The position numbers and the translations under genes are program-made. Shown here piece after piece: positions 18,673 to 28,174 of a stretch of DNA of 64,000 nucleotides. This DNA comes from a virus. The stretch spans positions 96,001 through 160,000 of the IMG/VR virus record IMGVR_UViG_3300011980_000002; one strand, given 5' to 3'. The notes under the pieces are model-generated. The model was not told where the DNA came from, made no database searches, and saw only the letters and a program-made list of their open reading frames with translations. How positions within the stretch are numbered: the first letter of the stretch is position 1; the number at the start of each line of letters is the position of its first letter.

Positions 18673-19410
18673 ATGGCAGAAATGTATCGTTACAAGGGCG
18701 GTGAGTCCGAACATCATGATCCGGTCAGATTGTATAAGACATCGGACATACAGAATTATATTCAAGGTAATGTAAACACAGTTCTTTCTTTATTAAGAAA
18801 GAAAGATAAGGCTTATGTAAATATGCAAGATATTAATGTAAAAGTAGTATCATGGCAAGCAAGTCCAAACTGTATACCTTTCATCGTTCTTCTCCCACCG
18901 GCAGTATTAAAGAATGTTAATGAAAGTAAGAATAACGATTCTAACATACCATCTATATTCTATAATCTTGATGAAGAAGACCATCAGATTATGATAGATG
19001 AATTAGAGGCTATGTTTAAGATTTATGCTTACACAGAAGAAGACATTCGCGCATTAAAGAAATCAGAGAAACTACTTAATGAATTAAAGTTAAGTAGGAA
19101 AAATGCTATGATCCTTGCTAATATGGCTAGACCAAGATTTAGAAAGTTTAGGTCTGGTAATAGTGATGATGATAACTCTGATGCATATGTTATGTTTATC
19201 ATTGACCCGATAAGGGTATTCCATGATATGATGGTAGATACCAGTAATCTTGGGGAACAATTTAGTGTTGACATAACATCAGTAGATAAAATCCGTAATG
19301 GGGAATATCGCTTTAGAGTTAAGAGGTCAAGAAATAGAGGAAAGAAGAAGAACAAGAATGGTATGAATATGTATAACGAGATATTAGCAGCATTAAGAAA
19401 TAATGGCTAA
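18673..19410 (+). CDS. Hypothetical protein with a basic C-terminus
   Basis: I prefer the ATG at 18673 (AAAGGAG 8 nt upstream). No motif recognised. Confidence 0.65.
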   Translation: MAEMYRYKGGESEHHDPVRLYKTSDIQNYIQGNVNTVLSLLRKKDKAYVNMQDINVKVVSWQASPNCIPFIVLLPPAVLKNVNESKNNDSNIPSIFYNLDEEDHQIMIDELEAMFKIYAYTEEDIRALKKSEKLLNELKLSRKNAMILANMARPRFRKFRSGNSDDDNSDAYVMFIIDPIRVFHDMMVDTSNLGEQFSVDITSVDKIRNGEYRFRVKRSRNRGKKKNKNGMNMYNEILAALRNNG

Positions 19411-19435
19411 ATCTTAAGTTATACATTTTAAAATT

Positions 19436-19482
19436 AATAATAGATATACTAGAATTTGATCTAGTATATCTATTATTTTTTT
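19436..19482 (+). terminator. Rho-independent terminator
   Basis: aataatagatatactag / ctagtatatctattatt followed by a T-run. Confidence 0.7.
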
Positions 19483-19484
19483 AT

Positions 19485-19526
19485 CCGTATTTCCTATATA
19501 AATAGTGATATACTATTTATGTGTAA
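19485..19526 (+). promoter_or_regulatory. Cassette promoter
   Basis: ccgtattt-N16-tatactatttatgtgtaataataaaat. Confidence 0.6.
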
Positions 19527-19559
19527 TAATAAAATAATATATAATAAGGAGTATTAATT

Positions 19560-19802
19560 ATGTTAAAGCAAGAATGGTTAGTTAGAAGAGAAGGGAACTG
19601 TGCTCATGTTCCTTTTATCTCTAATAATGTAATTGAATATGTAACCGGAAACCAACTAACTTCAGATGAGGTTAACAGCCTCAGAGAGTTAGTCATTCAG
19701 AACAGAGACCTTGCGGACTGCTACATTTCCGACCAGGAGTTTATGTTTGATATGTTGAATATGGCAGATAAGTTAGAGGCTGCCATAGCCAAATATATCT
19801 AA
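19560..19802 (+). CDS. Small hypothetical protein, moderately G+C-rich cassette gene
   Basis: 80-aa ORF with AAGGAG upstream and its own promoter and terminator. Confidence 0.7.
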   Translation: MLKQEWLVRREGNCAHVPFISNNVIEYVTGNQLTSDEVNSLRELVIQNRDLADCYISDQEFMFDMLNMADKLEAAIAKYI

Positions 19803-19826
19803 CATAAACTATCTCTATTATAAAAT

Positions 19827-19867
19827 AAAACCTGTATATAGAATATCGTATATAGGTTTTATTTTTT
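19827..19867 (+). terminator. Rho-independent terminator (imperfect stem)
   Basis: aaaacctgtata..tataggtttt followed by a T-run. Confidence 0.5.
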
Positions 19868-19968
19868 GTCATTATCTATACTCTAAAAAACTTTCTCTTA
19901 ATCAGAAACATTATTTTTTTTTTATAAAGAATATTTATAAACAGTGAAAGGGATCATAGAAAAAGCGT

Positions 19969-21060
19969 ATGAATGGGAAGTATGATTTATATAATTCATT
20001 CTCCGTATGTTTTAATTTATTAAAAATTAAGTATGTAGATTTTGACGAGAGTTTTAACCAAATTGATTTAATTACACCTAGAGACAGTGTAAATGTATTT
20101 ATTAATTTAGAGACGGTTTTAAATTATATAACCGGAGTTAAAGACATAGATAAGAAATTATTAACCGAAAAAGATTATGAAGATGTAATGGTTGTAGATA
20201 TATTAAATCTTGCAGCCCATTATAAGAAGTTCTTTACTGGTAATAGATTAGATACGAAAGTTTTTTTATATATGACAGATTTAACCAGTAATGATTTTAA
20301 AGAGTATAAGTATAATGAAGATTATAGAAGTTATTATTTAAACAAGTTTAATACTAATCCTAAATTTACAATATTAGCAGATTCTATAATTAATAAAATA
20401 GTACCAGAGTCTTCCATGATATCAGAGTTTTTACCTAATGTATATTTTATTAATGCTAAGAATATAGAATCTTCTTTAGTACCTTATATAGTGTCTAAGA
20501 AATATCCTAATAGAAAAAATGTAATTATTACCGGAGATGTATATGATACTCAGTATATATTCATTCCTAATTTTGTAACTCATTTTATTAGGAAGTCTCC
20601 ATTAAGAAGTAGTATAACCTGGACACTATATGATTATATTAAAGAGATTATTAAAAGAGATATAGATAATATGGAATTTAACTTACTTAAAAATATAAGT
20701 ATGTACTTAAGTATGCTATCCGTAATTGGAGATAAAAATAGGTCAATTGATTCTATAAGGAGTGTCGGAGCACTTACTGTGATAAAGCAGTTACTAACAG
20801 GAATTAGTAAAAATATCATTAATTATGACACAAAATCCATAGACATAATTAAAGAAGTTTTCCCGATTAATATACAAGATGAATTAGCTAATAATTATTA
20901 TCAATTCGATATTAAAGATAAATATGATAATTTATTAGAGAATGATATATTTAATATAGAAAGTCAGATAGTTGATAGATACGATAAAGATAGTTTAATT
21001 AAGTTAAATAATACTAAGTATTATAATCATCAACTAATGTTAGAAGCTTTAACCTCTTAA
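19969..21060 (+). CDS. Possible RNase H / FEN-like 5'-3' exonuclease
   Basis: The layout resembles T4 RNase H (VFINLET, FLYMTD, NIESS, IITGDVYD), but only some of the acidic catalytic positions are retained. Confidence 0.3.
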   Translation: MNGKYDLYNSFSVCFNLLKIKYVDFDESFNQIDLITPRDSVNVFINLETVLNYITGVKDIDKKLLTEKDYEDVMVVDILNLAAHYKKFFTGNRLDTKVFLYMTDLTSNDFKEYKYNEDYRSYYLNKFNTNPKFTILADSIINKIVPESSMISEFLPNVYFINAKNIESSLVPYIVSKKYPNRKNVIITGDVYDTQYIFIPNFVTHFIRKSPLRSSITWTLYDYIKEIIKRDIDNMEFNLLKNISMYLSMLSVIGDKNRSIDSIRSVGALTVIKQLLTGISKNIINYDTKSIDIIKEVFPINIQDELANNYYQFDIKDKYDNLLENDIFNIESQIVDRYDKDSLIKLNNTKYYNHQLMLEALTS

Positions 21061-21095
21061 ATAAATATTAATTAAGAAAGGTGTATTAATTTATT

Positions 21096-23966
21096 ATGGC
21101 AGATACAGCTTTTATTTCATCGGAAGATACTAAAGAACTATGGAAATATGAAGTTACAGAATTTACTATACTTTATGCATCTTCCACATATAATGTGCCA
21201 GTAGAAAGAATTACTGCATTAGACATTATTAATGACTATGAAAAGAATATAGTCCCTATTATGAAATTAAATATGACTATAGAACCATCTGTATATAATG
21301 AAATCATTAAGAATAAGCAAAATATCAAATTAAAGATAAGAATGCAAAAGTTTTATACAGAACCTGGAAGTGAAGAAAAGTCATTAAAGAGAGATTATAT
21401 ATTAGATACATTTAATCTTATTATAGATGAACAAGATGTGAATGTAGATAATTTTATTGATAAAGAAACTAAGAAGAATAAAAATACTAATGAGCCTAAG
21501 AATGATACTAATGAATTAAATCATCAGTTAGCAAATAATAATGAATTCTATTTATATAAACAAGATACATTATCAGCAATGAGATGGGCTCTTAATAATG
21601 TACTTGTTAATTGTACTATGGTTGGAGCTATTTCATATGTAGCTGCTATAGTAGGATTAAAGAATATAATAATGAGTCCATTAGAGAATAACCAGGTATA
21701 TCCTGAAGTATTATTACCACCACAGTCTGCATTAAATACATTGCAGTATTTAGATACTAATTTTGGTTTTTATAAAGCTGGGACATTAATGTATTTTGCA
21801 GAAGATTATGGATATATCCTTAATTATAAAGGTGGTTGTACAGCATGGAGAAAAGACGAGATTAAAGATACCACTATATTAATTCCAAATAAAGGTGGTA
21901 CTTTTGGTACATTATCTTGTAGCTTAACTAAAAAAGGACAAGAGAATGAAAGAAAGTTTATTGTAGTAAAAGCAGAGAATGTTAGTATTAGTAATGATAG
22001 TATAAGTAATAATGTTACAGAAGGTAATAATGCTACTATTATTAATAATACTACACAGACTACAAGTAATACTACATCTGGTGCTGAAGGTGCTGGTGTT
22101 AGTAATACTAATGTAATTACTACCAGTAGTAATAACCCATGGTTAGCAGATACTTTTGCTACACAAAAATCGGCTAACTCTATTGTTATTAGTTGTGGGT
22201 GTACTGATTTTGATATTGGAGTAATTGCCCCTAATAAAAGATTTACCTTCATATTTGAAGATACGGCTAATACTGAAAAGTTTAAAGGGGAATATACAAT
22301 TGCCAGCAGTAATATTAACTTTAAAAAAGATGGTAACGATTTCACGATAAATGCATCTATGACATTTAAAAAAGCGGGTATAAATAATAATACTACTACA
22401 GTAGATACATCTGGTAAACAGGAACAAAAGACTGCTTTAGGAGAAGGAGTTTCTCATGAGGTTAATCCTGAGCAACAATCTGAAGATGCTGGTATATCAT
22501 ATGATGAAAACGAATCAGATGAACCAACTCCTGGATATGATGTTAAGTATAAAGATAATTATGAAGATGAAGCTGATGGTACAAAAGACCCGTTAGCTCC
22601 ACCAGAGGAAAAAACTGAAGAGGAACCTAAACCTATTCCGGATGATAGTCCTAAACCTAAGAATCCATTATTTATAACAGAAGATGATGCTTACTTAATG
22701 GATAATCTTTGGTATGATGATAGTTACTTAGATGAATCAAGAGCTATTATAGAAGAAGAGAATAAAAGAAAAAAGAGTATTATGGATGTTGAAAGTGGAC
22801 AAGCTATATGGGATACGGAACATCCGAAAATACCTGAACCTGATATAGATACTAATAGCAGTGAGAATGAGATAAATAATGCTAAGAAAGAATTAGAAGA
22901 TCAATATAAAGCTCAGAAAAAGGTTATTGAAGAAGATAGTGGTATGAATATACATACTAAAGAAGAAGAACTTCGTAAATTAGCTGCTGAATTAGATTAT
23001 AGGAAATATAAGTTAGAAGTAACTGAGAAATTAAAAAATAATCCATTTTATCCACCTAATCCAATTAACTTTGCTGATAGAAATTGGCGTACTAAGGAAA
23101 ATATGAGAATAGATAAAATCTACGATACTGAAGTTAATAGGATTAATAATTATGATATCTCAGAGAGTGAAAAAACTCGTAAGATAAATGAATTAAATAA
23201 AAAGAAAAATGAACATGTTAAACTTATGATGGATGGTATGGAAGCTACTTATAAAAGATTAAATAAAGAGCAAAGAGATAATATGGAAGAACTATATGAA
23301 AGACAAGAGAGTATGAAACGAAGAGGGTTTACTAAAGAAGAAACTTTAGAAGATGATAACTTCGAAGAATATAATCTCAATATAGATTGGTTTGATGTTA
23401 CTGCTCCATGTAAGTATATAGAAGATCTCAAGTCAAAAAATAAATATCCTAAATCAAATATAACACATGGTAAATTAAGTGAAGATTATAGTAACTATCT
23501 TACCAAGATACTCAAAAGATATCAGAAATATCCAAATGTTTTGAAGAATCATAGAGAAAAACTGGAAGCTGATTATTTGTATTATAGTAATTATATTGAT
23601 CTGTATTTAAAAAAATGCATCGGGAATTTAGTAACACCGCCTAGACCAGAATACAATAATGAATATGTTCCAGATCATGCTTTAAATCTTTCAGAACCCA
23701 ACGCTGTTGAAAATGAGAAGAGACGAGTTAATACACTATGGGAATCTATAAAAAATGAGATTAATACAAGTAAACTTGACCCTAGTATTATTAAAAATAA
23801 AATAGACTCAACGAATGCTCATAAAGTAGATTATATAAGAGAGCTCGATGATTTAGTTAGTTCTTATAAAAAAAGAGATAAAACTTATCGTGAAAAAATG
23901 AAAGAAGAAGAGAATAAGCGTAAAGTGGAAGATAGAAAAAAGAACGGTTATCGTAGGTGGAGATAG
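21096..23966 (+). CDS. Large hypothetical protein (S/T/N-rich centre, E/K-rich C-terminal half)
   Basis: 956-aa ORF with a GAAAGGT RBS. No diagnostic motif. Confidence 0.6.
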   Translation: MADTAFISSEDTKELWKYEVTEFTILYASSTYNVPVERITALDIINDYEKNIVPIMKLNMTIEPSVYNEIIKNKQNIKLKIRMQKFYTEPGSEEKSLKRDYILDTFNLIIDEQDVNVDNFIDKETKKNKNTNEPKNDTNELNHQLANNNEFYLYKQDTLSAMRWALNNVLVNCTMVGAISYVAAIVGLKNIIMSPLENNQVYPEVLLPPQSALNTLQYLDTNFGFYKAGTLMYFAEDYGYILNYKGGCTAWRKDEIKDTTILIPNKGGTFGTLSCSLTKKGQENERKFIVVKAENVSISNDSISNNVTEGNNATIINNTTQTTSNTTSGAEGAGVSNTNVITTSSNNPWLADTFATQKSANSIVISCGCTDFDIGVIAPNKRFTFIFEDTANTEKFKGEYTIASSNINFKKDGNDFTINASMTFKKAGINNNTTTVDTSGKQEQKTALGEGVSHEVNPEQQSEDAGISYDENESDEPTPGYDVKYKDNYEDEADGTKDPLAPPEEKTEEEPKPIPDDSPKPKNPLFITEDDAYLMDNLWYDDSYLDESRAIIEEENKRKKSIMDVESGQAIWDTEHPKIPEPDIDTNSSENEINNAKKELEDQYKAQKKVIEEDSGMNIHTKEEELRKLAAELDYRKYKLEVTEKLKNNPFYPPNPINFADRNWRTKENMRIDKIYDTEVNRINNYDISESEKTRKINELNKKKNEHVKLMMDGMEATYKRLNKEQRDNMEELYERQESMKRRGFTKEETLEDDNFEEYNLNIDWFDVTAPCKYIEDLKSKNKYPKSNITHGKLSEDYSNYLTKILKRYQKYPNVLKNHREKLEADYLYYSNYIDLYLKKCIGNLVTPPRPEYNNEYVPDHALNLSEPNAVENEKRRVNTLWESIKNEINTSKLDPSIIKNKIDSTNAHKVDYIRELDDLVSSYKKRDKTYREKMKEEENKRKVEDRKKNGYRRWR

Positions 23967-23969
23967 AAA

Positions 23970-24016
23970 AATAATAAGATATACTAGGAATATTAAACCT
24001 AGTATATCTTATTATT
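23970..24016. terminator. Bidirectional stem-loop between convergent genes
   Basis: aataataagatatactagg / cctagtatatcttattatt. Confidence 0.65.
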
Positions 24017-24027
24017 TATATTACAAC

Positions 24028-25293
24028 CTATACCAATTTTGGATCTGTTAATCTGTCATTTGTTATGGTAAATTTATATACTTTACCATTTGTTAATCCG
24101 AGCATATATATATTACATACATCAGATTTGACCTTGATAAATCTATATAAATCTGGTTCTACTTTACCAAATGAATATTCAATATCGTCAGGTACATCGA
24201 TAAATAATGATACTATATTAGACTTATTCTTAATGCAAATAACATCTATACCAAGGGTTTCTTTGATTATATATTTATTATAATTATTTGGATTTGTGAA
24301 ATCTTCTACACTATCACCTATCGCAACAGTTTTTATTTCCATTTTATCAATCATGATTGGAAGAATTTCTACTATATCACTAATATCAGCCGTGGTAGTT
24401 ATTTCATTATCTTCATATTTATAGATATAGATTATATTAGTTAAATCTACATTATAAGTATTATCAGATTTAATAGGTCTACTATAAACTACAGCATCAT
24501 CTACTGATTTTATATCATATGATTTCTTTAATTCACTTGGATTTACAAATAGTATATCCTTAAGGTTATCAGCCCAAGCTTCTATATAAGTTATCGGAGA
24601 AGCTACTTTATTGGTTATATAGTTAAATAACTTATCTTTATAATCGTTATCATCATTATCCCATATATCGTCTGTTATAGGATCGTAGTTATCTGATATC
24701 TTATCGTTGGACATATTTGATAAAATATCTATATGACTCTTTATTCTAAACTTATACGGAAGTATTAAGTATATAAGAAGATTTCTTAAATACTCAGATA
24801 CTTTATCCTGATACCCTGTATCATTTATATACCCCAGTATTACTGGTAATGACTTACTTAGTACATTAGATATACTTACTACAGAAGACATATTCATATT
24901 CTCTATAGCTTTAACCGCTTCAACTAAATCATCATAGTCAATTACATCATAATTAATATAATCTGTAATTAACATATTGACACCATGTTTACATAATGAC
25001 TTAGGTAAATTCTCATACCTAATTATATTATTCCATATCTCTCTTCTGTGAGAATTATCATTATACTTAGCAACTATTTCCAATATAGTAGTTTTGAGAT
25101 TACTGAGTCTCTTAGTGCTACTATTTTGAATATAGGAAGTTTTAGCAGTTTCAATAATCTTATTAGCCAGACTTTTATTTTCTCCTTGGAATGATAATAA
25201 TCCAGACCCATCTAATACTACCTCATATGCTAAAGCAGCCATCTCCGGTCTCTTTAATAAGATGTCATAAGAGTTATTTTTTGTTGTTTCCAT
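24028..25293 (-). CDS. Hypothetical protein
   Basis: Long ORF. I prefer the ATG at 25293, because the track GTG at 25302 lies inside the IS right end. No canonical RBS remains upstream. Confidence 0.6.
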   Translation of the reverse strand: METTKNNSYDILLKRPEMAALAYEVVLDGSGLLSFQGENKSLANKIIETAKTSYIQNSSTKRLSNLKTTILEIVAKYNDNSHRREIWNNIIRYENLPKSLCKHGVNMLITDYINYDVIDYDDLVEAVKAIENMNMSSVVSISNVLSKSLPVILGYINDTGYQDKVSEYLRNLLIYLILPYKFRIKSHIDILSNMSNDKISDNYDPITDDIWDNDDNDYKDKLFNYITNKVASPITYIEAWADNLKDILFVNPSELKKSYDIKSVDDAVVYSRPIKSDNTYNVDLTNIIYIYKYEDNEITTTADISDIVEILPIMIDKMEIKTVAIGDSVEDFTNPNNYNKYIIKETLGIDVICIKNKSNIVSLFIDVPDDIEYSFGKVEPDLYRFIKVKSDVCNIYMLGLTNGKVYKFTITNDRLTDPKLV

Positions 25294-25296
25294 ATT

Positions 25297-26625
25297 TGCC
25301 ACTGATTATTTGCACATAATCTCATCTCTTCGTAAGAGTCTTTAAACTTGCGTAGCCTCAAGCGTTTAATATTACACATCTTCTATCTTTAGCACTATAT
25401 ATGTTAATAGCAGCATTAATATCCCTATCTATTTCATATCCACATGATTTACAAATGAATACTCTATCAGGTAAAGATATATGTTGTTTATTACCACAAC
25501 ATGAACATTTTTTAGTACTTGGATATAGCTTATCTAACAATCTAAGTTTAATATCATATTCTTTACATTTATTAATCATACGAGATTTAAAGTAATAAAA
25601 ATTACTATACATGATTAATTTATGTAAACTATGAGTAGTATTATTACTTATCATATCAGATATATCTAAATCTTCTATTGTAATACAATTAGGCTTGGTT
25701 TTCGCCGTTAATTTATTTATTAATTTCTTAATAAAATCTTCTCTTATATTAATTAACTTATTATTATATCTTTTAATTTTACTAAATAATATTCTTATAC
25801 GAGATGAATCATATGCTTTTCCTTTCATTTTATTTTTATAATTTTCATTTGGAGTACTATGATGTTTATCATAGTACTTATTTAGCAACTTACCATAATT
25901 AGTCTCTACTTTATTACTAATTATAACACTTAACTTATTAATCTTATCTTCGTAATACTTATATTTCTTATAATCTTTATAATGATTAGTTTTATAAACA
26001 GTATTACCATCATAAATAATAGCATAATTCTTTATGCCTAAATCTATACCCAGTTTTGTATCACTTAAATATAATGGTTTATTATCATAATTATAAAATA
26101 ATAATACATAATATTTATTATATTCTTTAATAATTCTACCAGATATAATATCTTCTTCTTTAGGTAACGATTTATGATTAGTAATTCTTACTTTCTTTAA
26201 TAATGGTAATTTAATAATATTCTTATTATTAGTATAATGGAACCCGTCAAGACAAAAGTAATATGACTCTTTATTTAATCTTTTACGAGATTTAAATTTC
26301 GGAAATCCTTTCTTTTTCTTAAAGAATGATTTAAATGATCTTTCTATATTCATTATACTTTCTTTAATAGCTTTACTACTATAATTCTTTATCCATTTAT
26401 AATAATCAATATTATTCTTTAAGTAAGTTATTATCTTATCAAAATCATAAAATGATAAGAATTTACCTTCGTTCTTATAATAGTCTATATTAAGTCTTAT
26501 ATAAGAATTCATAATAAACCTACAACAAGATAAAGTATTATTAATAAGATTTAATTGATACTTATTTGGATATATTCTTAATTTAATAGATTTAATCATT
26601 GTACTTTCACATATTTAACCCCCAA
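25297..26625 (-). mobile_element. IS605-family tnpB-only element, copy A
   Basis: tnpB ORF plus a right-end tail (25297-25367) homologous to 30619-30695 and 7141-7218. The left boundary is approximate, placed at the shared tgaaagtaca upstream of the start codon. Confidence 0.75.
25358..26599 (-). CDS. tnpB: TnpB (OrfB) RNA-guided nuclease family protein
   Basis: 413 aa containing LGIDLG, ITIEDL, CSCCGNKQ...CKSCGYEIDRDINAAINI (a split RuvC triad plus a zinc ribbon). Confidence 0.9.
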   Translation of the reverse strand: MIKSIKLRIYPNKYQLNLINNTLSCCRFIMNSYIRLNIDYYKNEGKFLSFYDFDKIITYLKNNIDYYKWIKNYSSKAIKESIMNIERSFKSFFKKKKGFPKFKSRKRLNKESYYFCLDGFHYTNNKNIIKLPLLKKVRITNHKSLPKEEDIISGRIIKEYNKYYVLLFYNYDNKPLYLSDTKLGIDLGIKNYAIIYDGNTVYKTNHYKDYKKYKYYEDKINKLSVIISNKVETNYGKLLNKYYDKHHSTPNENYKNKMKGKAYDSSRIRILFSKIKRYNNKLINIREDFIKKLINKLTAKTKPNCITIEDLDISDMISNNTTHSLHKLIMYSNFYYFKSRMINKCKEYDIKLRLLDKLYPSTKKCSCCGNKQHISLPDRVFICKSCGYEIDRDINAAINIYSAKDRRCVILNA

Positions 26626-26702
26626 TATACTTTTCTTCAGATAATTCATAAGTATGTTTAATTTCCATATTTCTTTTTCTCCTTTAAAAATAAAATTTAT
26701 TA

Positions 26703-26720
26703 TTACATGATAATATTATA
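26703..26720 (-). promoter_or_regulatory. Promoter variant upstream of a 17-codon ORF and tnpB copy A
   Basis: The reverse complement reads tataatattatcatgtaataataaa and is followed by AAAGGAG. Confidence 0.4.
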
Positions 26721-26770
26721 TAGATAAATTATAAATTTTATTTAATATAGGAGAATATCATCTATATCAT

Positions 26771-27151
26771 TTACTTCTGTAGATAATATAATATTTTAAG
26801 ATAAAAAGTATCATCCATATCATTTACTACCATAGATGATATATTGTCATTATAAATATCATATAAATAAAATGTACATGTTAAATATGATGGTATTTTA
26901 TCACTTAATTCAGATTTCTTTAATAAAATATAATCATTCTTACTACCATCATCTTCTATAGTGGTAACTAAAGTAATATGGGTATTATCTATATCAAAAT
27001 CTTCTATATTATCTACATTAGTTCTTTCTTCAATAACAGAAATATCAAGATTATTTATCATATATGAATTTACACCATCGTTACCAAGTCTATTAAGTAT
27101 TTCGTTGTAATCTAAACTATGTAGTTTATTCATCAATTCATTATAGCACAT
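26771..27151 (-). CDS. Hypothetical protein (island cargo)
   Basis: 126-aa ORF with a GAGGAA RBS. Confidence 0.6.
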   Translation of the reverse strand: MCYNELMNKLHSLDYNEILNRLGNDGVNSYMINNLDISVIEERTNVDNIEDFDIDNTHITLVTTIEDDGSKNDYILLKKSELSDKIPSYLTCTFYLYDIYNDNISSMVVNDMDDTFYLKILYYLQK

Positions 27152-27155
27152 ACTG

Positions 27156-27590
27156 TTAACATTCCTCGCATATTAATTTATTTTCATTATTTAGTTTTGT
27201 TAAATATAAATTCATCGTATCTATATTAATTAAATAAATACTTCTATAATTCTCTAATTGATCTTCATAATTAATTATCATATAATCACCTTTGGGAACT
27301 CCGGCATTATTATTCTTATCTAATGATAATACTACAGTTTCTCCATTATTATCGTTGAGAATAGTAATAGCTTTTATATTCCAAGATTTAATCATTATAA
27401 ATCTGAAATTTGGATCTAAATCAAAGTAATATCTAAACATACTACCTGACCTAGATAATATTTCTAAGACATTATACAATTTCTTTTCTACTAATACTCT
27501 TATCTTATTAACAATTTTTAATACATTACCTTTATTAAGAGAACCAGATATTGCTATCCAATCTCCAAAATCATAAATATTATTCTTCAT
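27156..27590 (-). CDS. Hypothetical protein (island cargo)
   Basis: 144-aa ORF with TATACT and GAAAGGA upstream. Confidence 0.6.
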   Translation of the reverse strand: MKNNIYDFGDWIAISGSLNKGNVLKIVNKIRVLVEKKLYNVLEILSRSGSMFRYYFDLDPNFRFIMIKSWNIKAITILNDNNGETVVLSLDKNNNAGVPKGDYMIINYEDQLENYRSIYLINIDTMNLYLTKLNNENKLICEEC

Positions 27591-27649
27591 TATTGATAAT
27601 TTTTTCTATGTTCCTTTCATTATATTAAGTATAAGTAAGGTATGATAAT

Positions 27650-27698
27650 AAAAAAAAAATAAAGCCAATTGAAATTAATCCATCGGCTTTATTTTTTT
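27650..27698. terminator. Bidirectional terminator (A-run, stem, T-run)
   Basis: aaagcc..ggcttt stem flanked by an A10 run and a T7 run. Confidence 0.55.
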
Positions 27699-27704
27699 AT
27701 TTGA

Positions 27705-28106
27705 TTATAAGCATACCTCTACGATATCATCGTAATCCTCAAGGTTAACAGCTACCAGTTGTCCATTTCCATATAACGGACAACTGAAAGGTGTAACCCA
27801 CAGTACTATTCTTATACAGTCTGGATACATAACAAAACTATTGTTTCCAAGAGAACTGGTCATAAAAATATAGTTTGTAAACTCCATCATTTTATTATTA
27901 ATGGTTTCCGGAATATCTTCATGAGCAATTATCTCTTCGTCAAATTTGCTAAATGATTGTACACTACGGATAAGTTTTTCAACATTATCCGCAAGATTTA
28001 CAGTCATCTCGCAAATTTCATTAGTAGTTACCTCATCTGTTGTTGATACAACTTCTAAATCATGTCCTTTTATATCTACATTATACTTATTCATTTCTTT
28101 TGTCAT
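27705..28106 (-). CDS. Hypothetical protein, G+C-richer cassette gene (island cargo)
   Basis: 133-aa ORF preceded by the conserved leader and a cassette promoter. Confidence 0.7.
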   Translation of the reverse strand: MTKEMNKYNVDIKGHDLEVVSTTDEVTTNEICEMTVNLADNVEKLIRSVQSFSKFDEEIIAHEDIPETINNKMMEFTNYIFMTSSLGNNSFVMYPDCIRIVLWVTPFSCPLYGNGQLVAVNLEDYDDIVEVCL

Positions 28107-28114
28107 TATATCTA

Positions 28115-28145
28115 CTCCTTTGGGCTCTTGATACTATCTCCACCC
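28115..28145 (-). promoter_or_regulatory. Conserved 5' leader element, copy 2 of 3
   Basis: The reverse complement reads gggtggagatagtatcaagagcccaaaggag. Confidence 0.7.
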
Positions 28146-28174
28146 CGCTCATCTGTGAGCATAATATATTTTAT

